From an uncultured delta proteobacterium (GTDB taxonomy: Bacteria; Myxococcota; Myxococcia; Myxococcales; Myxococcaceae), in assembly GCA_963796055.1 (NCBI GenBank), contig CAWCKH010000004.1, forward strand, positions 2,624,001-2,688,000: DNA of 64,000 bases. The letters are read 5' to 3'. The first letter of the stretch is position 1. Every line of letters begins with the position of its first letter. Both the position numbers and the translations under genes were made by a program. Below are positions 21,244-31,117 of this stretch, in pieces. The notes below the pieces were generated by a model. That model saw nothing but the letters and a program-made list of their open reading frames with translations. It was not told the origin of the DNA and searched no databases.

Positions 21244-22292
21244 GGCTGGCCTCGCTGCACCCGCGCCACGGGCAGACCCGGCCGGAGATAGGGGGCGCCG
21301 TCGGTCACCACCTCGGTGACCTGGTCGAGCCCCTGGAGCACTGCGACGCGCGGTCCCTCGATGAAGCCGATGGTGACCGGCACCCTGCGGGCGCGGCTGT
21401 CGCCGGCAGAGACCGTGTACACCGCCGCGGTGCGCCCGCTGCCCTCGACCAGCGCCTCGACCGGCACGGCCCAGACCTCGGGCGGCGCCCCGGGGACGAT
21501 CTCCACCTTGGCCACCAGGCCCGACAGGAGGCTCGCCCCGGCGGGGTTCACCGCCACCTCGACCTCGAAGGTCCCGGTCTGCGGTGATGCCCCGCCGGCG
21601 ATCTCGGTCACCCGTGCGGAGAAGGTCCGGTCGGGGAAGGCGTCGAAGCGGACCGTCGCCGGGTCACCCAGTCGGACCTGGACCGCGTCCCGATCGCTGA
21701 GGCCCAGCTTCACCACCCAGCCGCGGGTCGCGCCGCGGACCAGCAGCACCGGGGTGCCCGCGCCGACCTGCTCGTGGGCCTCCACCAGCCGGCGCTGCAC
21801 CTGTCCGTCGTCGGGGGCACGCAGCTCGGAGACCACCCGGGCATGGCGCGCCTGGCGGAGGGCGGCGCGCGCGACCTCGACCGAGGTCTCGGCGTCCTGG
21901 AGGCTGACCCGGGCGACGGCCCCGGCGGTCGCCAGCCCCGCGATGCGCGCCCGGTCCCGCTCGGCCTTCTCGTAGGAAGCGGTCGCCTGGACCAGCGCGG
22001 CGTCGGCGTCGAGGGTGTCGAGGGTGGCCAGCACCTGGCCGCGACGGACCGCCTGGCCTTCGCGGACCAGGATCCGGTCCACGGTGCCACTGCTCCGGAA
22101 GGCGAGCGCCATCTCCTGCTTGCCCCCGAGTCGCCCTGCCGCGCGGATCGGCCGGAGCACCTTCTCCCGCACCACCGGCGCGGTGCGCACGGCGATGGGT
22201 GCGGGGGCAGCAGGGGGAGGCGCCGGCCGGGCGCAGCCGACCAGGAGCGAGACGAGACCGAGGACCAGCAGCGCGACACGGCGGAAGGACAT
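21240..22292 (-). CDS. RND efflux periplasmic adaptor (membrane fusion protein)
   Basis: Lipobox LLVGC; GTVDRILVREGQAVRRGQVLATLD and LRAPDDG motifs; ATGA overlap with the permease. Confidence 0.92.
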   Translation of the reverse strand: MSFRRVALLVLGLVSLLVGCARPAPPPAAPAPIAVRTAPVVREKVLRPIRAAGRLGGKQEMALAFRSSGTVDRILVREGQAVRRGQVLATLDTLDADAALVQATASYEKAERDRARIAGLATAGAVARVSLQDAETSVEVARAALRQARHARVVSELRAPDDGQVQRRLVEAHEQVGAGTPVLLVRGATRGWVVKLGLSDRDAVQVRLGDPATVRFDAFPDRTFSARVTEIAGGASPQTGTFEVEVAVNPAGASLLSGLVAKVEIVPGAPPEVWAVPVEALVEGSGRTAAVYTVSAGDSRARRVPVTIGFIEGPRVAVLQGLDQVTEVVTDGAPYLRPGLPVARVQRGQP

Positions 22293-22330
22293 GGCCGACC
22301 TCCTGAATGTGGCTGGTGGTAACTCCATGA

Positions 22331-22354
22331 TGTAGTCAGCGTCAACTTAAGTTG
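22331..22354. promoter_or_regulatory. Putative operator upstream of the RND operon
   Basis: AT-rich patch with perfect 12-bp palindrome CAACTTAAGTTG (22343-22354), overlapping minus-strand TTGACG. Confidence 0.45.
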
Positions 22355-22439
22355 CTTGGACTCGCAAGAGCGCGAAACCAGGGTCTGCCTCACCCGGGCG
22401 AGGCGCACGCAAGGTCACCCGGTCGCGAGAACCGGTGTC

Positions 22440-22931
22440 TCAGCGGCGGTGATCGCCCGGAGCGGACGTTCCTCGGTCGGCCGAACCGGAGAACACCCGG
22501 AGCACCCGGAGCTCGAGCGAGTCGCGCGGACGCTCCACGACCACGGCATCCCCCGCGCGGCGTCCAAGGAGGGCCGCTCCGAGGGGCGAATCCACCCGCA
22601 CCCATCCGCGTGCTGCGTCCGCCTCGTCCCCGCCGACCAGTCGGAGCTCGCGGCGCGCTCCGTCGGCGCCCTCCACCTCCAGGAATGCCCCGAGCACCGC
22701 CCGGCCATCGGCGCCCGCGTCCGCCGCCGCCGGAACGGCCCGCTCCAGCAGCGCATCGAGCGCGCGGCGGCGCTCCTCCGCCCCCGGGGCGTCCGAACCC
22801 TTCAGCGCCGAACGTTCACGCAGCAACCTGGCGTGCCCGTCCGCCGTGAGCGGACGCGGTCCCACCGGACCCCGGCGCACGGGCTCCGGTGACGGCAGGG
22901 AATCGTCCTCACGGGTGAACGCCTTGCTCAT
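22440..22931 (-). CDS. GreA/GreB family protein
   Basis: MSKAFTREDD start; LVGGDEADAARGWVRVDSPLGAALLGRRAGD motif. Confidence 0.85.
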   Translation of the reverse strand: MSKAFTREDDSLPSPEPVRRGPVGPRPLTADGHARLLRERSALKGSDAPGAEERRRALDALLERAVPAAADAGADGRAVLGAFLEVEGADGARRELRLVGGDEADAARGWVRVDSPLGAALLGRRAGDAVVVERPRDSLELRVLRVFSGSADRGTSAPGDHRR

Positions 22932-23000
22932 GGCACCGTGGGGAACGGTGGGCATCCTCCAGGGGCCGAGTCAACCGGGTTAGACTTCCGGGTGAGTCGT

Positions 23001-24161
23001 ATGACGCTGGACCCCATCGCGCTGTCCGTTCCGGTCTTCTTCCTTCTCATCGGGCTCGAGCTGCTCGTCGCGCGCGCCCGTCGCCGGCGCGTCTACCGCT
23101 TCACCGACAGCTTCGCCGACCTGGGCTGCGGCGTGACCCAGCGGGTGGTCCTGCTGCTCTTCGAGGTTTCGCTGCTCGGCGTCTACGCGCTGGTGCATGC
23201 GCACGCGCGGCTCTGGACCTTCGCCCCGGGCAGCGTCTGGCCATGGCTCATCGCCATCGTCGGGGTGGACCTCGGCTACTACTGGTGGCACCGGCTGTCC
23301 CACGAGGTGAACCTCCTCTGGGCCGTGCACGTCGTCCACCATCAGAGCGAGGACTACAACCTCGCGGTGGCGCTCCGGCAGGCGGTGCTCTCGCCGGTGA
23401 CCGTGCTGCCGTTCTATCTGCCGCTGGCGGTGCTCGGCGTCCCGCTGACTGTGTTCTACCTCGTCAACGCGCTGAGCACGCTGTACCAGTTCTGGATCCA
23501 TACCGAGCTGGTGGAGCGGCTGGGATTCCTGGAGCAGGTGATCAACACCCCCTCGCTCCACCGGGTGCACCACGGCGTCAACCCGGAGTACCTCGATCGC
23601 AACTACGCCGCGACCTTCATCTGCTGGGATCAGCTGTTTGGAACCCTCCGCCGTGAGGAGGCCCCGGTGGTGTACGGCGTGAGCCATCCGCTGCGGAGCT
23701 TCGACCCCGTCTGGGCGCAGGTGCAGCCGCTGTGGGCGCTGGTGGAGGCGGTCCGGCAGGCGCCGACGGCTCGCGAGGCGATCCGGTTCCTGTTCGCCTC
23801 GCCGGCCTGGCACCCCGCGTGGCTGGGGCCAGTCCCGCCCCTTCGCGGCGTCGACCCGGAGGCCCTCCCCAAGTTCGACGTGCATCCTGGCCGCCGGCGC
23901 CTCGGCTACGTCGCGGCGCAGCTGGTGCCGGTCGTCGTGGTCGCCTTCGCGCTCCTCACCTGGCACCAGGCACTGTCCATCCCCGCGCTGGTGACCGCGG
24001 TGGCCTGGGTGCTGGTCTCGCTGGTGGCCGGGGCGGCGCTGCTCGAGGGGCGGCGCTGGGCGGTGGGGCTGGAGGTGGCGCGGATCGGCGTCCTCGCGGC
24101 TGCACTCGCGCTGGTGGCCTTCCTCCCCTCGCTCGGGCCAGTGCTGCTGGCGTCCCGCTGA
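23001..24161 (+). CDS. Sterol desaturase / alkylglycerol monooxygenase-like fatty-acid hydroxylase
   Basis: His boxes HRLSH, HVVHH, WIHTE and HRVHH; alternative GTG start at 22992. Confidence 0.9.
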   Translation: MTLDPIALSVPVFFLLIGLELLVARARRRRVYRFTDSFADLGCGVTQRVVLLLFEVSLLGVYALVHAHARLWTFAPGSVWPWLIAIVGVDLGYYWWHRLSHEVNLLWAVHVVHHQSEDYNLAVALRQAVLSPVTVLPFYLPLAVLGVPLTVFYLVNALSTLYQFWIHTELVERLGFLEQVINTPSLHRVHHGVNPEYLDRNYAATFICWDQLFGTLRREEAPVVYGVSHPLRSFDPVWAQVQPLWALVEAVRQAPTAREAIRFLFASPAWHPAWLGPVPPLRGVDPEALPKFDVHPGRRRLGYVAAQLVPVVVVAFALLTWHQALSIPALVTAVAWVLVSLVAGAALLEGRRWAVGLEVARIGVLAAALALVAFLPSLGPVLLASR

Positions 24162-24287
24162 GCAGCCCCCGGTCTGTTGCCCGAGCAACGATCCTCCGCG
24201 GGCAGCGGTCTCTCATTGACACGCCGGTCCGCCTCCGGAACTCTGCGTCCCCCCTTGCTGCACTCGTCACCCCGGGGAGGTGCGGAC

Positions 24288-25541
24288 ATGAGAAGCAGGC
24301 GGCAATTCCTGAAGGAGCTGGCAGGCGGAGCGGCGCTGCTCGGATCCGGTGCGCTGCTCCCCTCGCCGCTGGGCGCCGCAACATCTCCCGTCCCGGAGGG
24401 GCTTCCGGCCGGTCCGGCAGGGCTACCGGCGGGGACCCTCGAGACCTCGTTCCTGGAGGCGCTTCCCGGGAAGCGGCCCCTCATCAAGCGAACCTACCGG
24501 CCGCCGAACTTCGAGACGCCGCTGGAGGTCTTCGATCAGATCCTCACCCCCAACGATGCCTTCTTCGTCCGTTACCACCTCTCGCAGATCCCCCAGGTCT
24601 CGGCTACGGAGTGGAAGCTGCAGATCGGCGGCGACTCGGTGGAGAAGCCGTTCACCCTGGACCTCCCCTCGCTCCAGCGTGACTTCGAGCAGGTCGAGCT
24701 CGTGGCTGTCTGCCAGTGCTCGGGCAACCGCCGCGGCCTGTCCGAACCGCACGTGGCGGGCGTCGAATGGGGCATCGGGGCCATGGGCAACGCCCGCTGG
24801 AAGGGCGTTCGCCTCAAGGACGTGCTGGCCAAGGCGGGGGTGAAGAAGGAGGCCCTGGAGGTCGTGTCGAACGGCACCGACCACCCTGCGATCGAGGCCA
24901 CCCCGGACTTCATGAAGTGCATCCCGATCTGGAAGGCGATGGACGAGAACACGCTGCTCGTCTGGCAGATGAATGGCGAGCCGCTGCCCCACTTCAACGG
25001 GGCGCCGGTCCGGATGATCGTCCCCGGGTGGACCTCCACCTACTGGATGAAGCACATCGTCTCGATCCAGGTGGTGTCCCAGCCGTTCAAGAACTTCTGG
25101 ATGACGACCGCCTACCGGATCCCCAAGGGCAAGTTCCCGGTGGTGGACCGGTTCCTCTCCCAGGAGACGGACGTCAACACGCCGATCACCGACATCGTGG
25201 TGAACTCGTTGCTCACCAGTCCCCGCCAGGGGCAGCGCGTTCGCCCCGGACAGCCGGTCGAGGTGAAGGGGATCGCCTGGGACAACGGGAGCGGGATCCA
25301 GGGGGTAGAGATCTCCGCCGACGGCGGCAAGAGCTGGCAGAGCGCGACGCTCGACCAGGACATGGGCCGTTACTCGTTCCGCGGCTTCCACCACCGGCTC
25401 AAGGCCGGTGCCAAGGGCGAGGTGACGGTCATGGCCAAGGCCACCAACCGGATGGGGGCCTCGCAGGTCTCGGACCTGATCTTCAATCCCGCCGGGTACC
25501 ACAACAACGTCATCTCCCGGGTCACGGTCCGGGTCGGATAG
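24288..25541 (+). CDS. sorA: Periplasmic molybdopterin sulfite dehydrogenase subunit
   Basis: Tat signal SRRQFLK; TPNDAFFVRYH, CQCSGNRRG, MGNARWKG and FNPAGYHNN motifs. Confidence 0.85.
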   Translation: MRSRRQFLKELAGGAALLGSGALLPSPLGAATSPVPEGLPAGPAGLPAGTLETSFLEALPGKRPLIKRTYRPPNFETPLEVFDQILTPNDAFFVRYHLSQIPQVSATEWKLQIGGDSVEKPFTLDLPSLQRDFEQVELVAVCQCSGNRRGLSEPHVAGVEWGIGAMGNARWKGVRLKDVLAKAGVKKEALEVVSNGTDHPAIEATPDFMKCIPIWKAMDENTLLVWQMNGEPLPHFNGAPVRMIVPGWTSTYWMKHIVSIQVVSQPFKNFWMTTAYRIPKGKFPVVDRFLSQETDVNTPITDIVVNSLLTSPRQGQRVRPGQPVEVKGIAWDNGSGIQGVEISADGGKSWQSATLDQDMGRYSFRGFHHRLKAGAKGEVTVMAKATNRMGASQVSDLIFNPAGYHNNVISRVTVRVG

Positions 25542-25551
25542 GGGCACGCCG

Positions 25552-25830
25552 ATGAGCTCGCTGATCGTCCTTGCCCTCCTCGCCGCGGCGCCGGGCTACC
25601 CCGACGAGAACCGGGTCCAGCTGAAGGAAGGACCGGACCGGAACCTGGTTCTCGGTCGCTGCGCCGCCTGCCACAGCCAGGACTACATCCCGATGAACTC
25701 GCCGTTCCTGGACCGCAAGGGCTGGGAGGCCGAGGTCAACAAGATGGTGAAGGTGCTGGGCGCGCCGATGGAGCCTGGAGAGGTGGCGAAGATTGTCGAT
25801 TACCTCTCCGCCAACTACGGGAAGAAGTAG
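25552..25830 (+). CDS. sorB: Monoheme cytochrome c partner of SorA
   Basis: Signal peptide; CAACHSQDYI heme motif; W..EVNKMVK..GAP motif. Confidence 0.85.
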   Translation: MSSLIVLALLAAAPGYPDENRVQLKEGPDRNLVLGRCAACHSQDYIPMNSPFLDRKGWEAEVNKMVKVLGAPMEPGEVAKIVDYLSANYGKK

Positions 25831-25875
25831 CGCGCGCTGGCCGGGCCGGCGGCGCGGACTAGGCTCCGCCGCCCC

Positions 25876-26922
25876 ATGGACCGGACGAGACTCGACGGCG
25901 CGCAGATCTTCTCCTGGCTCCTGGTGGGGCTGGCCCTGGTGCTGCTCTGGGCCATCCTCCGGCCGTTCTGGTCCGCGCTGTTGCTGGCGGCGGTACTGGC
26001 CGGCGTCTTCTCCGGACTGCAGCAGCGGCTGACGAGGAAAGTCGGAGGCCACGCGGGGCTCGCCGCAGGGCTGCTGACCCTGCTGGTGCTCCTGGCCATC
26101 GTGCTCCCGTTCGGCGGGATCGTGGGGGTGCTCACCAAGGAGATCATCCAGGTGATCGACTCGCTGCGCTCGAGCCTCCAGGAGAGCGGCGTCTCGGGCC
26201 TCGTGGAGCGGCTCCCCGGGCCATTGCGGTGGCTGGCCGAGCGCGCGCTGCAGGCGGCGGGCGGCGGCGAGGGGTGGGTGCGGATGGTGCAGGCGCAGAG
26301 CGGGAAGGCGGCCACCGCGGCCACCGCATTCCTTTCCGCGACCTCGCGGGCTCTGGTCGAGGCAGTGCTGATGCTCATCGCCTTCTACTTCCTGCTGCTC
26401 GACGGCCAGCGGCTGGTGGTCTGGCTCGAGCGCGCGGCGCCGCTCCCGCGCGGGCGCTTCCGCAGCTTCTTGAGCGAGTTCCGGGCCGTGTCCCGGGCGG
26501 TGGTCATCTCCACGGTCGGCACCGGGGCGGTACAGGCCGCGGCAGCGCTGGTGGGCTACCTCATCGCCCGGGTCCCCAACGCTCTCTTTTTCACCCTGGT
26601 GACGTTCTTCATGTCGTTCATTCCCTCGGTGGGCGCGGGAAGTGTGCCGGTGCTGGTCTCGGTGGTGCTCTTCGCCCAGGGCCGCATCGGATGGGGCATC
26701 TTCATGCTGCTCTGGGGCATCCTGGTGGTCGGGCTCATCGACAACGTGGTGAAGCCGCTGCTCATCAAGGGCGGGGTGGAGATGCACGGGGCGGTGGTGT
26801 TCTTCGCCCTGCTCGGTGGGCTGGCAGCGTTCGGAGCAGTGGGGCTGGTCGCCGGGCCGCTGGTGGTGGCCTTCTTCGTCGCCGTCACCCGCTCGGCGCG
26901 TTCGCCCGCCACCGCGAGCTGA
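25876..26922 (+). CDS. AI-2E family transporter
   Basis: SFIPSVG, IDNVVKPLL and LGGLAAFGAVGLVAGP motifs. Confidence 0.9.
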   Translation: MDRTRLDGAQIFSWLLVGLALVLLWAILRPFWSALLLAAVLAGVFSGLQQRLTRKVGGHAGLAAGLLTLLVLLAIVLPFGGIVGVLTKEIIQVIDSLRSSLQESGVSGLVERLPGPLRWLAERALQAAGGGEGWVRMVQAQSGKAATAATAFLSATSRALVEAVLMLIAFYFLLLDGQRLVVWLERAAPLPRGRFRSFLSEFRAVSRAVVISTVGTGAVQAAAALVGYLIARVPNALFFTLVTFFMSFIPSVGAGSVPVLVSVVLFAQGRIGWGIFMLLWGILVVGLIDNVVKPLLIKGGVEMHGAVVFFALLGGLAAFGAVGLVAGPLVVAFFVAVTRSARSPATAS

Positions 26923-26928
26923 CCCGTC

Positions 26929-27735
26929 TCATCCCTGCGCCTCGAGGAAGGCACGCAGCTCGCTGGTGACCGCCTCCGGCGCGTCGATGGGCGACATGTG
27001 GCCGGCGCGGGGGATGCGCACCAGTCGCGCGCCGGTGATGCCGGCCGCCACCTCCGCGGCCCGGGCGGGCACCGCCGCCGTGTCCTCCTCGCCCACCATC
27101 ACCAGCGTCGGGCAACGGATGCGGGGGAGCAGCGGCATGACGCCCTCGCGGCGGAGCACGCCCTCCACCGCGCGCGGCATCGCCACCCGGTCGAGCGACA
27201 GCAGATGCTCGCGCCATCGTCGCAGGTCCGCAGCGCAGGCCGGATCGCGGCGGGCGCTCTCGCCGTGCATGATCGCCATCACCCGGCCCACCACGGGCCG
27301 CACCCCGATCCAGCGCGCGACCCACTCCAGCCGGCGGTAGCGCGGCAGGTTCTCCGGAGGCTCCGGGCCGGCCGAAGTGTCGAGCAGCGCGAGCGACCGC
27401 ACCAACTCGGGACGCCGCGCCGCCAGGCGCATTCCCACGAAGCCGCCCATCGACTGTCCCACGAAGTGCAGCGGGCCGATGCGCAGCGACTCGATGAGCG
27501 CCACCGCGTCGTCGGTCAAGGTGTCCATGTCGAGGCCGCTGGCCGGCGTCTCGCTCTGGCCCTGGCCGCGGTGGTCGTAGGCGATGCAGCGGAAGCGGGT
27601 GCGCAGCGCGGCGATCTGCGCGTCCCACATCCGCAGAGAATAGAGCAGGCCGTGGGAGAACAGCACCGCCGCACCGCCTCCACCCGAGTCCTCGACCGCG
27701 AGCTCGACACCATTGCAGCGGATGCGGGTCGCCAT
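26929..27735 (-). CDS. Alpha/beta hydrolase (PcaD-like)
   Basis: YDHRGQGQS, nucleophile motif GQSMGG, catalytic AGH. Confidence 0.9.
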   Translation of the reverse strand: MATRIRCNGVELAVEDSGGGGAAVLFSHGLLYSLRMWDAQIAALRTRFRCIAYDHRGQGQSETPASGLDMDTLTDDAVALIESLRIGPLHFVGQSMGGFVGMRLAARRPELVRSLALLDTSAGPEPPENLPRYRRLEWVARWIGVRPVVGRVMAIMHGESARRDPACAADLRRWREHLLSLDRVAMPRAVEGVLRREGVMPLLPRIRCPTLVMVGEEDTAAVPARAAEVAAGITGARLVRIPRAGHMSPIDAPEAVTSELRAFLEAQG

Positions 27736-27835
27736 CGAGCGGTAGCCTAGTCCTCCGCCCAGCCCGGTGCCCTGGTGAATAGCGGCGCACGGCACGGCGT
27801 CTCGCCAGCAGGCAAGGGAAGGACGGAAAGCGACG

Positions 27836-29161
27836 ATGGGCAGGATGCTCTTCATCGGATGCACGGTGCTCGCCTGGGGCTGCGTGGTCCGCGAGTACCG
27901 TGAGGCACCGCCGCCGCCCGTGGTCTACCGCGAGGCGCCGCCGCCGCCGGTGGCCTACCGTGAGCCGCTGCCCCCGCCGCCGCCCCAGGTGGTCGAGCAG
28001 GACCCCGGCTGGGAGGCCGTCTCCATCGAGCCTCCGGTCGAGCAGCCGGCGCCGGTGGCCATCCCCTGGGCACCTCCGCCGATGCTCTGGGATCCGCCGC
28101 CCGTGCGTCCGTGGTTCGACGCGGTGTGGGTCGGCGGGCACTGGACCTGGTGGAACGGTGAGTGGGTCTGGGCACGCGGGCACTGGGCCCGTCCGCCCAG
28201 GTACGGGTGGGTCTACTCCGAGCCCTACTACGAGTACCGCGGCGACGCGGTGGTCTTCGTCGGCGGGTTCTGGCGGCCGGTGGCGAGGGTCTTCGTCCCG
28301 CCGCCTCCGACGCTTTACGTCCCGCTCGTCCAGGTGAGGGTGGTGCACGTCGGCTACGCGCGGCCAATCGGCCCGCACGGCGTCTTCGTCCCGCCGCCGC
28401 CCGGCTCGCAGCCCGGGGTCATCGTCCCCGCGCCGGTGGGCACGCCGCCCGCGGTGGTGCTCAGCGCTCCGCCCGTCGTCCGGCCGGGAATGGTGGTCCG
28501 TCCGGTGTCGCGCGGCGGGGTCGTCGAGGTGGTCGCTCCCGCCGGCGTGACCCGCGAGGGGCGGCCGGTGACCGCACAGGCGCCAGTCGTCGCCCACGAC
28601 GCGGCCTCGGTGCATCCGGTGGTCGTCGCCCCGCCGCCTCCGGTCCGGAGCGCCTGGGTCCCAGCGGGTGGTCCGCCAAACCGGGTGAGCCAGCCGTCGC
28701 CGGGCCCGGCTCCGTTCCCGAACCGGGAACCGCCCACGGTCGGGGGGACGCCGGTGAACACCCCGGTCCCGCCCCCGCCGAGCACCAGCACCGTCTCGGT
28801 GCGCCCACTTCCGCCCCCGTCGCCGGGGCAGCCGGTGGTGCAGCCCGTGCTCAAGCCCGGGACGATGGGCGGCGACCGGGGCGAGCCACGGCCGTGGTCG
28901 AACGGCGCCGATCGATCGGGCAACGAGGGGCCGGTGCTTCGCCCCGTTCCACGGACCGAGGGCACGCCGCGTCCACCGGTCCAGAGTGGGGCGCCGAGTG
29001 CACGCCCTGCGGCGCCTCCGGTCCAGAGCGCTGCGCCCGCGGCACGGCCGCCCAGCACTCAGGTCCCACCGCGCGTCGAGGCCGTGCGGACCCGCCCGCA
29101 CCCTCCGGCGAAGGACGATCCCGAGGAGCGCAAGGGCCATCCGGACCCACACGAGCGCTGA
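27836..29161 (+). CDS. Proline-rich lipoprotein with YXWGXW-type repeats
   Basis: Lipobox LAWGC; VWVGGHW, VWARGHW and VFVGGFW repeats; long Pro-rich tail. Confidence 0.8.
   Translation: MGRMLFIGCTVLAWGCVVREYREAPPPPVVYREAPPPPVAYREPLPPPPPQVVEQDPGWEAVSIEPPVEQPAPVAIPWAPPPMLWDPPPVRPWFDAVWVGGHWTWWNGEWVWARGHWARPPRYGWVYSEPYYEYRGDAVVFVGGFWRPVARVFVPPPPTLYVPLVQVRVVHVGYARPIGPHGVFVPPPPGSQPGVIVPAPVGTPPAVVLSAPPVVRPGMVVRPVSRGGVVEVVAPAGVTREGRPVTAQAPVVAHDAASVHPVVVAPPPPVRSAWVPAGGPPNRVSQPSPGPAPFPNREPPTVGGTPVNTPVPPPPSTSTVSVRPLPPPSPGQPVVQPVLKPGTMGGDRGEPRPWSNGADRSGNEGPVLRPVPRTEGTPRPPVQSGAPSARPAAPPVQSAAPAARPPSTQVPPRVEAVRTRPHPPAKDDPEERKGHPDPHER
27896..27979 (+). repeat. Intragenic 30-bp tandem repeat (about 2.8 copies, YREAPPPPVV)
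   Basis: Units start at 27896, 27926 and 27956 with TACCG(T/C)GAG. Confidence 0.75.
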
Positions 29162-29236
29162 GCGCGCGTCGCCTCGAGGCTCGCGCCCGGCGGACGGCGG
29201 TCGCAAGAAGTCCTGTAGACTCCGGCACCCGAGCCA

Positions 29237-31066
29237 GTGCCTCGCGCCCGACCCGCCTCCATCGTCCTCGCCGCCTCTCCCCTCCGCGAGCGCCTCCAGC
29301 GCCTGCTCGCCGAGCTGGACGCGCTTCGCGACGAGGTGGCCCAGCTCGAGCTGGAGTGCGAGACGCTCCGCGGGAAGCTGGCGGCCTTCGAGGTCCGGCA
29401 CCGGGCCGAGCTCGCCGACCAGCAGCGCCTCTTCCACCGGATCGGCTCCGTGGTGCGTCAGCTCGAGCGCTGGGCAGAGATGCTCGAGGAGGCCCAGCCG
29501 CGCGAGCGCGCCGCCCGCGCCCGCCGGGTGGAGCGGCAGCGCACCCGCGAACTGCACCAGGAGTCGGCGGAGCCCGAGCCTGCGGATGAGGGCGCGGCCC
29601 CGGAGCCCTCGGCCCCGGCGGAGCTGAAGTCCCTCTACCGGCGGCTCGCGCGCCGCTTCCATCCGGACCTCGCCCGGAGCGAGGAGGAGCAGGTTCGTCA
29701 CGCCGCACTGATGGCGCGGATCAACGCCCTGTACCGGGCAGGTGACCGAGCGGGGCTGGAGGCGCTCGCCGACCAGGCGCTCGGCTCGGAGCTGCCAGAG
29801 CCCGCGGTCTCGCTCGAGGAGGAGGTCCGGCTGCTGGAGGAGCGGCGGGCACGCTTCGAGTCGGCGCGGGATGGGCTGCAGCTCGAGCTCGCCTCGCTCC
29901 GCGGCTGCGCCACGGCCGAGCTCCTCCGTCGGTCGCGCGAGGCCGGTGGGAATGGACATGACTTCTTCGACGCGCTTCGCGCCGAGCTGGCCTCGCGGTG
30001 CGAGGTGGCGCTCGGCGACGTGCGCGACGCTGCGGGGGCGCTGGAGGATGCGGTGAGACGAGCAAACCGACGGTCGCTGGCCACCGAGGGGAGGAAGTCT
30101 CTGGACCGGGCCTTCGACCCACTCGGGCGCCAGCGGCTCGTTCGCCTGTCGCTCGAGGCCCTGGAGGGGGCCCGGGCCGCTCCGGAGAGCAGGGCAGCCG
30201 CGGAGCGGATCGTCGAGCTGGCCCGGACCTCCCCGGCGGCCGCGCGCCTGGTCCTGTTTGCCTACGCAAGCGAGCTGGTGCCGCATCCGCTGGACGGGCT
30301 TCGGACCTACGAGGACCTCGCGCTCCGGTTCGAGCAGCTGGAAACGCGCGAAGAGGAGCACCGGACGCTGGAGCGCGCGCTGGTGGAAGGGGCGGAGCTG
30401 GTCGAGTTCGGGATCCGCCGGGCTGGCGAGCGGCTGGTGCAGAGCGGGCTCCGGTTCCGGAGCGCGCTGCTGCGCGACGCGGTGCCGCTCGCGCTCCGCA
30501 AGCACGGGCTCCGTGTCGAGTTCCGGCGGGTGCTGGCCACCCTCGGCGAGCGCACCGGCTGCGCCGAGTGCCGGCAGGAGATCTTCGCCATCCCCCTCTA
30601 CCGGCTCCGCGGACTGGACGACCTGCACGCCAGCGCCTGTCCTCGGTGCGGTCACCTGGTCCGGAGCTACTTTCTGCCCCGCGGCAAGGACGTCCAGTCG
30701 GTGCTCAACACCGCGTTCCTGGATCTGGAATTGCTCTCCGAGTGGAGCTTCCGGATGGGTTCGGCGTCGGTCTCGGTCCAGCTGCTCCCGGTGCAGGTCG
30801 AGCGCATGACGGTGGGCCAGCTCAAGCGGCGATTCTGGGCCGACGTGCTCGAGCGCCACGGGATCCCGGTCCCCGCGGACGCGGTGCGGCTCCAGCAGAC
30901 GCGCCGGCCGGTCCAGGAGCGCCGCAAGCTGGCCGACCTCGAGCGGCAGGAGTTCGTGGTGGTCTTCGGAGAGAGGGCGGGCGTGTCGGTCGCGGACGCC
31001 CTGGAGACGGTGAAGCACCGGATCCGCACCCGGTTCCGGACCGAGCCGGTTGTCGCCGGGCGCTGA
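29237..31066 (+). CDS. J-domain protein with coiled coils, C4 zinc ribbon and unusual C-terminal domain
   Basis: LKSLYRRLARRFHPDL (HPD at 29660-29668); CAEC...CPRC. Confidence 0.8.
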   Translation: MPRARPASIVLAASPLRERLQRLLAELDALRDEVAQLELECETLRGKLAAFEVRHRAELADQQRLFHRIGSVVRQLERWAEMLEEAQPRERAARARRVERQRTRELHQESAEPEPADEGAAPEPSAPAELKSLYRRLARRFHPDLARSEEEQVRHAALMARINALYRAGDRAGLEALADQALGSELPEPAVSLEEEVRLLEERRARFESARDGLQLELASLRGCATAELLRRSREAGGNGHDFFDALRAELASRCEVALGDVRDAAGALEDAVRRANRRSLATEGRKSLDRAFDPLGRQRLVRLSLEALEGARAAPESRAAAERIVELARTSPAAARLVLFAYASELVPHPLDGLRTYEDLALRFEQLETREEEHRTLERALVEGAELVEFGIRRAGERLVQSGLRFRSALLRDAVPLALRKHGLRVEFRRVLATLGERTGCAECRQEIFAIPLYRLRGLDDLHASACPRCGHLVRSYFLPRGKDVQSVLNTAFLDLELLSEWSFRMGSASVSVQLLPVQVERMTVGQLKRRFWADVLERHGIPVPADAVRLQQTRRPVQERRKLADLERQEFVVVFGERAGVSVADALETVKHRIRTRFRTEPVVAGR

Positions 31067-31117
31067 GCGACGCTCGGGGAGTCAGGCGGGCGACCCTCCC
31101 GGGCCAGGCCCTCCCGC

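Noticed and set aside
24216..24244. TTGACA upstream of sorA (also at 16009)
   Set aside because: Perfect -35 element but no convincing -10 at 16-18 bp spacing; not called as a promoter.
26885..31018. 1377-aa minus-strand ORF and many other long overlapping ORFs (e.g. 37325..39811, 13505..16012, 40440..42824)
   Set aside because: Shadow ORFs of GC-rich genes on the opposite strand or frame; Arg/Pro/Gly-rich with no motifs.
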